A stretch of DNA of 64,000 nucleotides from the NCBI RefSeq assembly GCF_009914755.1, contig NC_060941.1. One strand, given 5' to 3'. A model generated the notes under the pieces. It was not told the origin of the DNA. It saw only the letters and a list, made by a program, of their open reading frames with translations, and did not search any database. The DNA is from the human T2T-CHM13v2.0 reference genome, Homo sapiens. This document shows, one piece after another, positions 1 to 12,352 of this stretch (positions within the stretch are counted from its first letter, which is position 1; every line of letters starts with the position of its first letter). Made by a program: the position numbers and the translations under genes.

Positions 1-1499
1 CCTGGCCCGGCCGGCTCTCTCGGTCTTTCAAACACAAGCTCGAGAGGTCTGGGCACAAGTCAGTCCCACTGCCTGGACCAGCCCTCTACTCTCTGTCCCC
101 AGCCACCCACTCAGCACAGGGCTGCCTCCTCCCATCCTAAATCCCCCAAGTTGTTCTGTATCACAGCACCTGCCCATTCCCATGGGAGTCCTTCCAACAG
201 TTAGTCATGAATTGTATGTGTGTGTTATAGGCAGAGGTACAGGCATAGGTATATTGATAGAGAAGATAATGAGATAGGTTGACACAGATGACACACACGT
301 GGCACAGGTGTAGACAGGCAGGGTGAGGTCTACAGGCACCCTCCTCCCCAGGGCATGGGCTCCTGGGGGCATGGCTGCCCTACTTCCTGGTCCCCTGAGC
401 AGAAGGCCTGGGCCCATGTCCAGCATGGAGTAGGGCCTTGTTAGAATATTTCAGGGTTGATGGTCGGACGGATGAGGGCCTCATGGCATGGCCTCGGGTA
501 GCAGTGGAAAAGGAGCTGTTGTGGAGACACAGGACACAGGCTGGAATCAATAGCTCTCACCATGTGGTGTGTGCCATCACTCCTCACTGGGGTGTTGAGG
601 GGAGGGGTTGCTTTAATATGGCTCATGAATGGGGGTACGGCCTTTCTAATCTCCGCAAATGTCATCGACTTCCAGAGATCTGTGAAATCACCCAACCAAG
701 ACACGTGGCCGCTAACTCCTTCTAACGCGCCTTCATGTCCTGCTCAACATCCCAGCGGCTCTTCCTGAAGCCCAGGGCCAGCAGCCCCGTGTAGATGCCC
801 CGGGACCTCCGTTTCCGGGGCAGTTGGGGCGCCCTCTCTCCCCAGGACAGTGGCAGTGTGGCAGCACAGAGCAACAGCTGGTCTCTGCTCCCAAAGAGAT
901 GCAGAGAATGAATGCGTCCTAGGCCAGCCAGGCCCTGGGGCTGTCCCCGCGATGTCCCTGCACACAACAGCCATGAGATCCCTGCCCTCAGGCAGCGAGT
1001 CCAGTGTGGGGAGGTGCAGGAAAACCCTTGAGACCCTTCAGTGCATAAGGAAACGGAACGTGACCTCTAAGAGCAGAGGCGACTTGAAGAACACAGCCCA
1101 GCACAACGGCAGAAAGAAGGTGTTCAGGAAAGGGTGTGGCAGTCAATGGATTCCTCCAGAAAACACGGTGGGTGGGGAGCCAGAGGTCCTTGCATCCAGC
1201 AGTCAGGCCACAGCACAACCTCACCTGGGCCAGGGCAGCAGAAATCCCCAAGTCCCTTGACCTCACAATCATGCAACCAGGCCCAGGCCATCTTTGCAGG
1301 GCGGGGGACCCGGGTGTGCCTCCCCAGGTGGGTAACAGAGCAGGCAGTTGGGCAGGGAAGGAGCAGGGAGAGGTCCGTCTGCCAGGCCCACATGGTAGGC
1401 AGGCACGCAGTGTCTCGAAGCAGTCGGCGCACACGGTTACCCTTAATGGGACTGCGCTGCCTGACTCATATGCTCTGAATCTGTCAGGGCCTTGTTTTT

Positions 1500-1810
1500 G
1501 TTTTTTGTTGGGAAATAATTACGGATTCACTAGAAGGGGCAGAGAAATGTACAGGTGCCTCGCACCCTTCACTCAGCTCCCCGCAATGTTGACGTCTCAC
1601 GTAACCACCATGCAACCAGGAAACCGAGATGGGGCAGTACACAGGGCTGACTCAGATTCCCCAGTGATATACACACGTGTGTGCATCTGTGTGTGCATGC
1701 CTGTGTGTGCGTGTGCGTGAGATATGTAGCTCTTTGCCATGTTATCACATGTGCAGCATCGTGCGACCATCACCGCAGTTGAGATACGGAACTGCTGCAT
1801 CAGCACAAAA
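1500..1810 (-). mobile_element. Old L1 (L1MC/ME-like) 3' fragment with internal (TG)n at ~1676-1720
   Basis: AATAATTACGGATTCACTAGAAG...CACCCTTCACTCAGCTCCCC resembles an antisense L1M 3' UTR; a related piece lies at 15510-15580. Confidence 0.55.
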
Positions 1811-3129
1811 GCCTGGGTTGGGGTTTATTTAATTAAAAAAAAAAAGGTTGAAAACTAAGAATTGTCACAGCAAGTAAGTGAGCTCTTCTGCAGTGCTAGG
1901 GCAGCTCAGCTGAGCTGGGGCGGGGGCAGCAGCTGGGCAGTCTGCTTCCTGAGCGGAGGAGCAATTTCCTGGTGTCCGGGGACTCTGGGTGGCAAATCAG
2001 GGAGAGAATAAGGAGCGAGATGTTGAAGCCCTCACCCCTGCCACAGGAGGCCCAGCTGAGAAACAGCCACCAGCTTCCTCTCCTGTTCCTGCCTTCACAC
2101 TCCCCTCCATCTCTGGTTCCCGGGTACTGTTCCCTCTCTCTGTCCCTCCAAGCAGCATGGCTGGATCTAATGGCAAGCACAGGAAGCTGGGGCACCTGCC
2201 TGTGCAGAATGTGAAGCGCGGCCGTGGGCTACCAGGCCTCCACCTGTGCCCACTTCGTCCTTCTCAGGGTCTCCCTGTCTGTATCATCTCTGCAGCACCC
2301 AGACCTGACCAGCTCTGCAGCCCAGGCACACAGAACCCCTCCCCTAGGCACTCCACAGCCTGCTGCTCCCAAGAGTAGAGTCCCCAGGTCCCTCTTCTGG
2401 CATGACTCACAGGCCCAGGTGGCTCTCAGAGTGCATAGGGACAGCAGCAATGCCGCAGCGTCACCTCTATGGGGCCCTGGAGGTTCCGAGGCTCTGGAGG
2501 CAGAGAGAGCTGCTGCTCTTCCACTAGCTGGTGCTGGCCATGTGGGAGGCGCTGGGGAGGCTGGAGGGCAGGGGCGGATGTGCAGAGCGTTCAGGACTCT
2601 CTTCCCTCCACCCACCCTCCAAGGCTGGACTTCATTTTTCTCCAAGAAGTGGGGAGTCCTGTGGAACCCAGTGTGACCAGATGGTACAGAGCACAGTGGG
2701 GCGGATGGCACTGGGCAACGTCCTGCCCGGCAGAGGAAGGGGATGCCAAGGACCAGATGGTACTCCAGGCTGCAGGACACCAGGCGAGGGACCAGGCAAT
2801 CACGGGGCAGTGCTGTGTTCCCCTGGAAGTCAAGTCCACCACCCCCACCCCCACCAATCCTAGAGACTTCCAGGCCACCCTCAACACTGGCCACCTTCTT
2901 AAAGGCTAAGAATAAGGTCCCTTGACACAATGGCAGGTATTGGAACACACCTGTTCCTTGCAGGTGGGACACAGAGATGATGATGGTGAGGTTGGGGGAG
3001 AGGGGATTTAAGAGTGAGGGGTATGGGATTCAGGGTTACTGTTTCATTTCCTCATTCTACAAACACATTTTGAGCACCAGAAATCTTCAGAAAATAGTCC
3101 CACATGTCTATTGTGTGACTGGAATAGTC

Positions 3130-3525
3130 AATAGTCAAACGTCCCTTGATGGTTGAATGGATAAACTCAATGGTAGGTCCAAGCAGCGGAAGATTACTCA
3201 GCTGCAAAAAGGAATGAGGCATGGACAGGTGCTGCAATGTGCTGCAGAAGGGCAGGTTTCACTCCATTTCTACAAAACACTCAGAACAGGCAAATCCACA
3301 GGACAGAATGCAGAGGGGCAGTTGCCAAGGGCTACGGGAGGGGATGGGGAGAGGCTGCTAATGAGTACAGGATCTCCTTCTGGGATGATGAAAGTGTTCT
3401 AGAACTTGACACAGATGATGGTTGCACAATATTCTCAATGTACTGAATACCACTGAATCGCACCCTTTGAATCAATTAATAGTTCATGTTATGTTATGTA
3501 CAATTTTACCTCATTAAAAAAAAAT
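3130..3525 (+). mobile_element. L1MB-like LINE-1 3' end
   Basis: TGGGATGATGAAAGTGTTCTAGAAC...GATGGTTGCACAA...CACTGAAT motif followed by an A-tail. Confidence 0.8.
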
Positions 3526-3792
3526 GGGCCCCTCTCTGACTCTTCTGCTCCCAGGTGAGTTCTGAGTTTTGTCCTCTCTACCTCAACTCCAGCAGCAGCT
3601 TCCTAAAAGGCTTCCAGTCTATCATCCACCACACTCCCACCACAGTCAGCTCCCCAGAATCAAGCTCATCAGGTCTAGCTCTCCCTCCCTGCAGGCAGAG
3701 CTCGCAGGACTGTGCCAGCTAGGGCCACGCCCTCAGCCTCAAGCCCCATGCCCCAGCCACTCTGAGCTCTCTTGCTGCACTTACATAAGCCA

Positions 3793-4172
3793 TGCTATGA
3801 TGGTTTAAATATGTCTCCTGAAGTTCACGTGTTGAAAACTTATTCCTGCCACAGGATGTTGAGAAGTGGGGCCTAACAAAGGTAATGAGGTCATGAGAGT
3901 CTGCCCTCATGAATAGATTAATGTAGTTATTGTGGGAGTGGGTTCATTATCACGAGGGTGGGTTTGTTATAAAAGTGAGTTCAGCTCCCTCTTGCTCATG
4001 CTCTTTTGCCCTTCCACTTTCCACCGTGGGAGGATGCAGACCTGCACCAGATGCCAGGGCCATGTTCTTGGCCTTCCCAACCTCTAGAAGCAAGGACCAA
4101 GTAAATGTCTATCATTTACAAATTACCCAGTCTGTAGTATTCTATTACAGCAACACAGAATGGACTAAAACA
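3793..4172 (+). mobile_element. MST-family (ERVL-MaLR) solo LTR
   Basis: TG...CA termini (TGCTATGATGGTTTAAATATGTC ... ACAGCAACACAGAATGGACTAAAACA) and internal GCCCTCATGAATAGATTAAT. Confidence 0.8.
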
Positions 4173-4847
4173 GTGTCTTTTTTTTTAAACCTCCATGCCT
4201 TTGCTCTGTGTGCAGTTCCATGCTCACCAGTTCTTGCCAGAAAACTTCTGTGCATGCTTCAAAACCCACTCAAAAGCCTTTCCACTGGGCCCCCAAAGTG
4301 TTTGTTCTGCCTCACTGCAAAGGATGCATAAACTGTAACCTATCTGTCTCCTCCATGAAACGGCAAGCTCCCCAAGGGGGTTGTTGGGGGTACACATTAC
4401 ATTCATCTGGGATCCTGAGGACCCAGCGTGATGACTAACACATCCTTTCATTTCACAAATACCACTGAAGGCCCAGGATTCAATGAGGAATGAATAAAAG
4501 ATGGTGAGTCATGAGAACTCAGCCCATGAGGACCTCTGGCTGTCACAGAGAAATATTCTCTTCTCATTCACATTCTTTCTGTTCTGCTTCTGAATACCAC
4601 CACCCAAGTCTTCCATTCTCCCTGGGACAGTGAGTTGAACAGCTGGGAAGGAGGAGGAAGATGGAGAGATTGCATCTCCAACCATTTCCGCCTTCTTTGA
4701 ACTCCAACAGCATTTGTAGGTGGAACTATACCATTTTAACAATTATAGACTACATCTTATCCTTTCTATGCCTTGTGAAGTGTCCCCAGCCCTGCTGAGC
4801 ACAGGGTCTCGGCACACTGCCCATTTCCCCATGGTGAGCATCACTTA

Positions 4848-5308
4848 CTGCAGTGGGTTGAACAGTGGACGCCCAGAACTCAGATATACCCAGAACCTCA
4901 GAAATGACCTTATTCGGAAACAGGGTCTGCACAGATGTCATTTGTCAAAGCTCTTGAAACGAAATTGTCCTGGATTTAGGATGGGCCTCCAATCCAATGA
5001 CTGGCATGTTTATAAGAAAAAGATGGGGATTTGGACAGAGACACAGAGGAGAAGGCCATGTGACACAGAGGTAGAGGCTGGAGGGATGCAGACACAGGCT
5101 GAGGAACGCCATGGGTGGCCAGCAACCCCCAGAAGGTGCAAGGGGCAAGGGAAGTTCTTCCTCAAAGCCTCCAGAAGGAACCAGTCCTGCCAACGGGCAC
5201 CTTGATTTCTCACTTCTGGCCTCCAGAATTGTGAGAGATTACATTTCTGTTGTTCTAAGCCACCTAGATTTTGGTAATTTGTTCTGGTAGCCCTAGAAAA
5301 TTAACCTG
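4848..5308 (+). mobile_element. MLT1 (MLT1C/D-like) solo LTR
   Basis: GTGGGTTGAACAGTGG...CAGAACCTCAGAAATGACCTTATT...CTTCTGGCCTCCAGAATTGTGAGAG...GGTAATTTGTT. Confidence 0.8.
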
Positions 5309-5334
5309 CTAACAAACTGTACAATTTATGGATG

Positions 5335-5705
5335 TGTTCAGTGTCTGCCTCTCTCTCTAGAACACAAGTTCTATGAGGGTAGGTATTTCTATCTCTATCC
5401 ATCAATGAGTACCAAGCTCCTAAGACAGTGCCCCGCAAATAGTACGTGGCCAACAAACACTCATGAGATGCATGAACGATGTAACGATAAGATGCACAGG
5501 CTGCCTGAGCCTGACTCCCAGCTCTGCCACCAAGGCACTAATGGTGTGACCTTGGGCAAGTTCTCTAACACTGCTGGACTGCAGATTTCTCTTCTGTAGG
5601 GTGGAAAGAATGATTAAAAAGAAAAGTCATGGAGCATTACATGGATTCAATGCTTAGGAAGGCATAGACGGTGTCTTACGCACAGTTAGCCCTCAACGTT
5701 AGATG
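5335..5705 (+). mobile_element. L2 3' fragment followed by MIR fragment
   Basis: L2-like AAGTTCTATGAGGGTAGG...CCTAAGACAGTGCC; MIR core GTGTGACCTTGGGCAAGTT. Confidence 0.6.
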
Positions 5706-5736
5706 TTAGAAATGAAGTCACTCAAGAATAAATTAA

Positions 5737-5919
5737 CAGTGGCTCTCAACTGGGGGCAAGTGTTGCTCCCCAGGGGACATGAGACAAATGCCTGGAGACA
5801 TTATTGGTTGTTACTACTTAGTGGAGGGATTGCTACTGCCTCCAGTAGACAGAAGTTAGGGATCCTGCTCAGTGTCCTACAGCCCAAAACATCACTAGTG
5901 CTGAGGTTGAGAAGTCCTG
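5737..5919 (+). mobile_element. MER20-like hAT DNA transposon
   Basis: CAGTGGCTCTCAACTGGGGG...GGGACA...CCTGGAGACATT...TGAGGTTGAGAAGTCCTG, with CAG...CTG termini. Confidence 0.75.
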
Positions 5920-6197
5920 ATATAAAGTAAAATTGGTTTCTGGAGAGAAAGAAGCAAGACGTAAAGATGAAATAAAGTCCCAGATACGGAATTATAAAAC
6001 TGGGGAAATGACTACACACACGTCTATCTTTCCAACCCATTAGCTGCCATATTGAAAGCTCACACAGAGCGTCTCCAGCCCAGACACAGCGGTTATCTGA
6101 CATTTACTTCTTCTGGGACACTCTCAGCCCAAGCCCATTCCAAGGTGGAGGAGAGAAAGCAAGAGAAGCCTCTTTGAGCATCGTTCGATTGCCCTGT

Positions 6198-7233
6198 TGC
6201 CACTGCCACCTCCACCACCATCGCCACTGCCACTGCCACCTCCACCACCATTGCCACTGACACCTCCACCACCATCGCCACTGCCACCTCCACCGCCATC
6301 GCCACTGCCACCTCCACCGACTTTGCCACTGCCACCTCCACCGCCATCGCCACTGCCATCGCCACCGCCACTGCCACCGCCACCTCCACCACCATCGCCA
6401 CTGCCACCTCCACCGCCATCGCCACTGCCACCGCCATCGCCACTGCCACCTCCACTGCCATCGCCACTGCCACTGCCATCGCCACTGCCACCTCCACCAT
6501 CGCCACTGCCACCTCCACCACCATCACCACTGACACATCCACCACCATCGCCACTGCCACCGCCACCTCCACCACCATCGCCACCTCCACCGCCATCGCC
6601 ACCGCCAGTGCCACCGCCACCTCCACCACCATCGCCACCGCCACTTCCACTGCCATTGCCACTGCCACCGCCATCGCCACTGCCACCTCCACCGCCATCA
6701 CCACTGCCACCTCCACTGCCATCGCCACTGCCACTGCCATCGCCACTGCCACCTCCACCATCGCCACTGCCACCTCCACCACCATCACCACTGACACCTC
6801 CACCACCATCGCCACTGCCACCGCCACCTCCACCACCATCGCCACCTCCACCGCCATCGCCACCGCCACTGCCACCGCCACCTCCACCACCATCGCCACC
6901 GCCACCTCCACTGCCATTGCCACTGCCACTGCCATCACCACTGCCACCTCCACCGCCACTGCCACCTCCACCGCCATCACCACTGCCACCTCTACCGCCA
7001 TCACCACTGCCACTGCCACCTCCACCACCATCTCCACTGCCACTGCCACCTCCACCGCCATCACCACTGCCACCACCACCATTGCCACTGCCACCTCCCC
7101 ATCGCCACTGCCACTGCCACCACCATCGCCATCACCACTGCCACCACCACCACCATTGCCACTGCCACCTCCCCACCATCGCCACTGCCACCTCCACCAC
7201 CATCGCCACTGCCACTGCCACCTCCACCACCAT
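6198..7233. repeat. ~1.0-kb triplet-phased mosaic tandem repeat (GCC/ACT/ACC/TCC/ATC; CCA-based)
   Basis: Directly visible; source of the poly-Pro and poly-Val/Ala pseudo-ORFs. Confidence 0.97.
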
Positions 7234-10027
7234 TGGTAGCAGCCGTGACAGCTTTCCTAGGGCTGCTCTGCAAAAACAAACTCCTCCTGGGCTTAACCGT
7301 AAGCCCTTGGCAACCACCAATGATGGGGAACTTGACTGCTGCTTTGCTGGACCCAGACCAGGAAATCCAGATGGGAAGACGCAGGAGTGCACCAGCTCCT
7401 CGTGCTCTGTGGCGAGGCCTCTGCGAAACGGGCGCACATCAGGAAATGTTCGCTCTCCCTTCACCACCAAGGAGACTGGCCGATTTCCTCTCCTTCAAGC
7501 TTCTTCCAACGGACAGAGAAAATTCCCAGAAAGACGTTGGGGGAAATGTTAGCGACAGCCCGGAGAAGAGGGGAATGTTTACGTGGACGGGCCTTTGTGC
7601 CTGCCCAAGGTGCCGTCCATCAATACCGCCAACTTGGGGAGGATGCCCATCAAGGCGGAGCAGGGACACAGAGGTGTCACGTGCACCTCGGCCCACAGAG
7701 GAAGGATGCCCAGTACATCTGTCGGGGCGGCCCGAGGACAGGCGACAGATTCCCCCGCAGACATCTGCCTGCTGGAGGAACGTGCCGTGATGCAGACGCC
7801 GGGGGGAGGCAAGGAGAAGGGAGGAAGGGAGGCAACTCTTTTTATAGCAAGTGAGCAAACAAACAAACTGTTTTGCCTTAAGAAGCCAAAAAGGAAAAAA
7901 GAAAAAGAAGGAGAATACATTTCTGCCACTGCTGGGAGCATCGTAAGAGCCACCTTGGTTGACCACAGAAAGAAGTGCAGGGTGCCAGGCACACTGAGGC
8001 CAGGGCCTTCCCTCCGCGGCCCCGAGGACAGCTGAGAACAGGCCAGCCCCAGCCGCTCAGATGCCAGCAACGTGCTGGCACAGTGCTCGCCCTGTTGTGA
8101 ATGAGTCCTCAGTCCCTGCAGAAGCTCAGTGAAGTCGGATGGTCACTAACCCGATTTGACAGGTGAAGAGGGTGAGGCTCGGCAAGTTAGCAAGTGGGGA
8201 ACCACGAGGTGGCCCCAGCTCTGAGCCCCCACCTGCCACACTGCCATGGGGACCCAAGGGTCTCCCGTTTATGAGCTCAGCCTTCCGAAGGCGAGGTGGA
8301 AGTGAAGGACTGCAAACCCCGAGTTAAACCCTCTGACTTCTCTCCACCTCCCTCGTGTCTTCCTCCTCTGGCCCTCAGACCCTCGAGCCGATGAAACGCA
8401 CCACGACCTTGGCTTCCCGAGGCGGCCTCCCCTCACCCCGACACGGGAGCTGACATTGTGCATTCCATTCAGAGCTCCCTTTGTTCAGGCCACATAGAAA
8501 CCAGAGCTGCTCGTCAGAGAAAAGCTCCATCCCATAATAAACAGCATGAACTATTTATAATCCCGAAAACATCTTTATTATTATTTTTCTTCCCTCCAGA
8601 AACAATCTCACGCAATCCTGTTAAGTACACACCACGGAGGACTGGAGGGCCACGGGTCGGGGCTGCTTCCCCTGGCCCTGCCCAGCGAACAGATGGCAGC
8701 GTGGGCGTTAGGTACCAGCCTCCTGGCAATCTGAACATCTGTTCCCGTTAGAAAATGCTAATTGCCATCAATCAGGACAGCACCTACCCACATTTACATG
8801 CAAGCACACATGCACAAAAAAAAAAAAAATACATCTAAATTTCTCCAAGTGCAACACTCCCTGCATGTTAACTAGCCTAAGCTTTGCCTCAGCCTCGGAG
8901 GAGCAGCCCCGTGGCCAGCTTCTGGCCTGGAGGGCTCCCGTCGGGGCCTGCCCTGGACCCACAGCAAGCAGTGAGGTTAGGGAGTCACTCGGCAGGTAGC
9001 CATGCTTCAGCCCCCGGTGGCCTCTCATCCGCCCAGCAGGGAGTAGGCACGGGATCGCGGCCTGGGCAGTGCAGGCCGCCTGGACAGAATCCCTCCCTAG
9101 CCTGGATGTTTCTCTCTACGCCTCCACAAAGCCACTCCTCCGGCTCCATCTGTCCTCGATGTCTGCACCCATTCCCCTCTCCCTGAGCAAAGCTTCTGGG
9201 CATCCCCACGGCCCCCAGGAACAACCCAGCTGGATCTCCCAGCCCAGAGGTCGTCTCCATATCCACATCCAAGGGCTGGCCCATGAGGCTCCCTCTGCCC
9301 AAAGTGCATGTGTGGAGACACCTGGCAGCTCCAAGCCAAGGTCCCAGACCCGGCCTCTGCTGGGCTGTGTTTTCTACCCCGTGGGGCTGGGGACAAGATC
9401 TCTCCAGCATGTCAGGTGGGACTGGGCCCCAGCGGCCTCCTCCCTCCTCTAGCCTGGAAGCCCTAGGCTTGTGAGGCCCCGCACCCTCTCCCGGATTGTT
9501 CTCTGGTTGAGCATCACAAAGCCACAGGCCTTGGTGATCAGGAAGAGTCCTGGGGGGCGGGGGGCGAGCACAGGCAGTGGAAGGGAAGCAAAGCTGCCCC
9601 AGATAGGTGGGTGACCCAGGATGGAGAAGGGCAGCACCTGCGAGTGTTTGCCCCTTGGGGAGTCGAGGGCAGAACCTCCCTCCTTCCTTGCCTGGCTTTC
9701 TGCAGAGCCCCTGCCCTCCCCAAGGAGCACAGACCCAGGCTACTCCCTGGGACCTTGGGAGGGTCACCTGCAGCCCTTCTGGAGACCACAGGGACCAATA
9801 ACATGCCACAGTGACCTCAGGCCATGCATGCCCATTGGAGGACCCTCTGCATTTTTAGAAAGTGAGCTGGAAACATTGGCCTATTATATAATGAAAGTCC
9901 CACACACACACACCCTCCCCAAGAGAAAGCGATTTTGCTAATTTTTCTCCCGGGCGGCAGGCGCCGTTGCCAGCCTTGGTTGCTATGGGGCCCAGTGACT
10001 GGTTTGAGTGGTAAACTCAGGGGATTG

Positions 10028-10485
10028 GAGGAGAGGTTTCCATGGGGAGCCACAGAGTGCAGCCGATGAGAGGCCACAGGTCTCCCCACCTAGGGCAGCC
10101 CACACGACCAGGTGTGAAGAGGGCCTCCTGGACCCAGACCTGGCAGGTGACCCCATAACAGGCATGAGCCATCTCCATGACATCATAACAGGGTCTCTTA
10201 ATGGGGACATCCCTGTCTGTGAACCAGGTACAGGCTTCCTCTGTGCACATGCATGACACATGCCATATGCATGCACTGCACACGTCTAGATAAGGTGCAG
10301 AGCTGGCACTGCCACGGGCATGTGTTATGGCCTCATCGAGATGGCTCAGGACTGCGGTGGCATCACCTGCCAGGTCTGGGTCCGGGAGGCCCTCCTCACA
10401 CCTGGTGGCACGGGCTGCTGCAGACGGGGGGTCCTAGGGTCTCTCACCAGCCACACCGTGCTGCTTCCCATGGAAACCTCTCCTC
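10028..10485. repeat. Inverted repeat: arms 10028-10190 and 10323-10485 (163 bp each), 132-bp spacer
   Basis: Hand alignment of arm 1 to the reverse complement of arm 2 is ungapped, 127/163 identical. Confidence 0.93.
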
Positions 10486-11468
10486 TGATGCTTGAGAGAG
10501 GCTGATGTGTGGCTTAGGTCCCCAGAGTAGCGTGCCTTCCTCAGAGATTTCAGGGGATGAGTGATAAATAAAGAAGTGGGTGGAGATGAGGGCAGAGCGG
10601 GGAGGAGGGAGAGAAGGTGGAAAAACTCAAAGAACCTTGCTTCCAAATTTCTTTTACATTTTGCCTTCTTTTAAGATGATCCCTCTCTTGGTACCAGGTA
10701 AACTCATGTGGATGTTGAGGACATGAGGCCACCTGATGTCCCGGGGGCATGTCCCAGCTGTGCACCTGTGGCCAGCACTCCTGGGCCACCCCCTGCTCTG
10801 CCTGCCTGACAGAGAGGCTTACCGCCACCAGCAGCTCTGCTCCTGAGCTGCCTAACTGCAGATGGTGGGGGGCAGCACCTGTTCCGTGGGGCTTAGGGCC
10901 TCCGGCTTCCATCCATGAGTGCCAGCGTCCCTGGAACGTGTGCCCCACCTGCCTCCTGCCAGGATCCAGGAGTGGGCACCTCTCCTCCCTGGGATCACTA
11001 TGGTCTTTGTTCAGAATCACAGTGTTTCTCTCTGCTATGGGCCTTTGAGTCCTCCCAGGAAGGGACCTTGAGCAAGGCCTCCGGGAAGTTGGCCTCCTCC
11101 TCTGCTTGCCCCCTCCCACCACGCCCTCTGACCCTCTGATTTCTCTGTGGCTCCTGAGCATGGCCTGTCTCCCTGCAAGGTGCCACAGGTATGAGAACCC
11201 AGGAGACGGTTCTTCTCCAACACCCGAGGCAGACGTCATGCCTCCTCCCTGCCTCTCACTTCCCACTTTGCAGCTTTACTGTCCGCATTGTTTGGTTCGC
11301 TGAGCCCTAGGAGCTGAGAGACTGGTTAACCATGAGGGACTGTGGAGCCAGGAAACATGACTTTGACCATTTGCCCTTCCCACCCTGAACCCCACACGCT
11401 AAGACCAAAGGAGGATGAAGTTTCCAAAATCAACTTCACAATAATGATAGAAATTAATGAGTTCCACA

Positions 11469-12352
11469 CAGATAGGCAGATAGACAGGGGATGACGCATG
11501 AATAAATGGATACCTGCATAGATGGATAATAGATAGATGAGTAGATGGATAGGCAGATGGATATAGAGACATACAGATAGACAGGCAGGTAGACAGGTGA
11601 CAGATGATGGATGGATGCATAGACAGATGATGGATGGATGGACAGGTAGGTAGACAGATACATAGATGGATGATTGAACAGACAGACAATAGATCAACAA
11701 ATGAATGGATAGACGGGTACACACATGGATGATAGATAGATGCATACACAGACATAGGTAGATAGATCGGTAGCAGATAGGCAGGCAGGCAGGCAGACAG
11801 ACAGGAGGATGGATGAATGAATGAATGGATGGATGGATGGATAGATAGATAGCAGATAGGCAGGCAGATAGACAGAAGGATGGATGGATGAATGGATGGA
11901 TGGATAGATAGATAGGAGACAGGCAGACAGATAGGAGGATAGACGAATGGATGCATAGATAGATAGCAGATAGGCAGGCAGATAGACAGGAGGATGGATG
12001 GATGGATAGATAGATAGATAGGAAGATAGATGGCAGATAGACAGGAAGACAGGCAGGAGGATGGATGGATGGATGGATGGATAGATAGACAGCAGATAGG
12101 CAGGCAGATAGACAGGAGGATGGATAGATAGATAGGAAGATAGATGGCAGATAGGCAGGCAGATAGAGACGGGAGGATGGATGGATGGATGGATGGATGG
12201 ATGGATGGATGGATGGATGGATGGATAGCAGATAGGCAGGCAGGCAGACAGGAGGATGGATGGATGGATAGATAGATAGACTGATTGATTGACTGATCGA
12301 CTGACAGACTGACAGATAGATAGATAGATGGATACAGATAGATATGGATATA
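11469..12352. repeat. Complex tetranucleotide satellite (GATA/GGAT/GACA/GGCA)
   Basis: Directly visible; includes a pure (GGAT)n run at ~12175-12224. Confidence 0.97.

Noticed and set aside
6093-7552. 451-aa poly-Pro (+) and 333-aa Val/Ala (-) ORFs resembling extensin or formin
   Set aside because: Entirely produced by a stop-free triplet repeat; no splice context or non-repetitive domain.
7233-8081. Overlapping 150-185-aa ORFs in CpG-rich sequence
   Set aside because: Open on both strands because of GC content; no recognisable protein or convincing splice-site pair.
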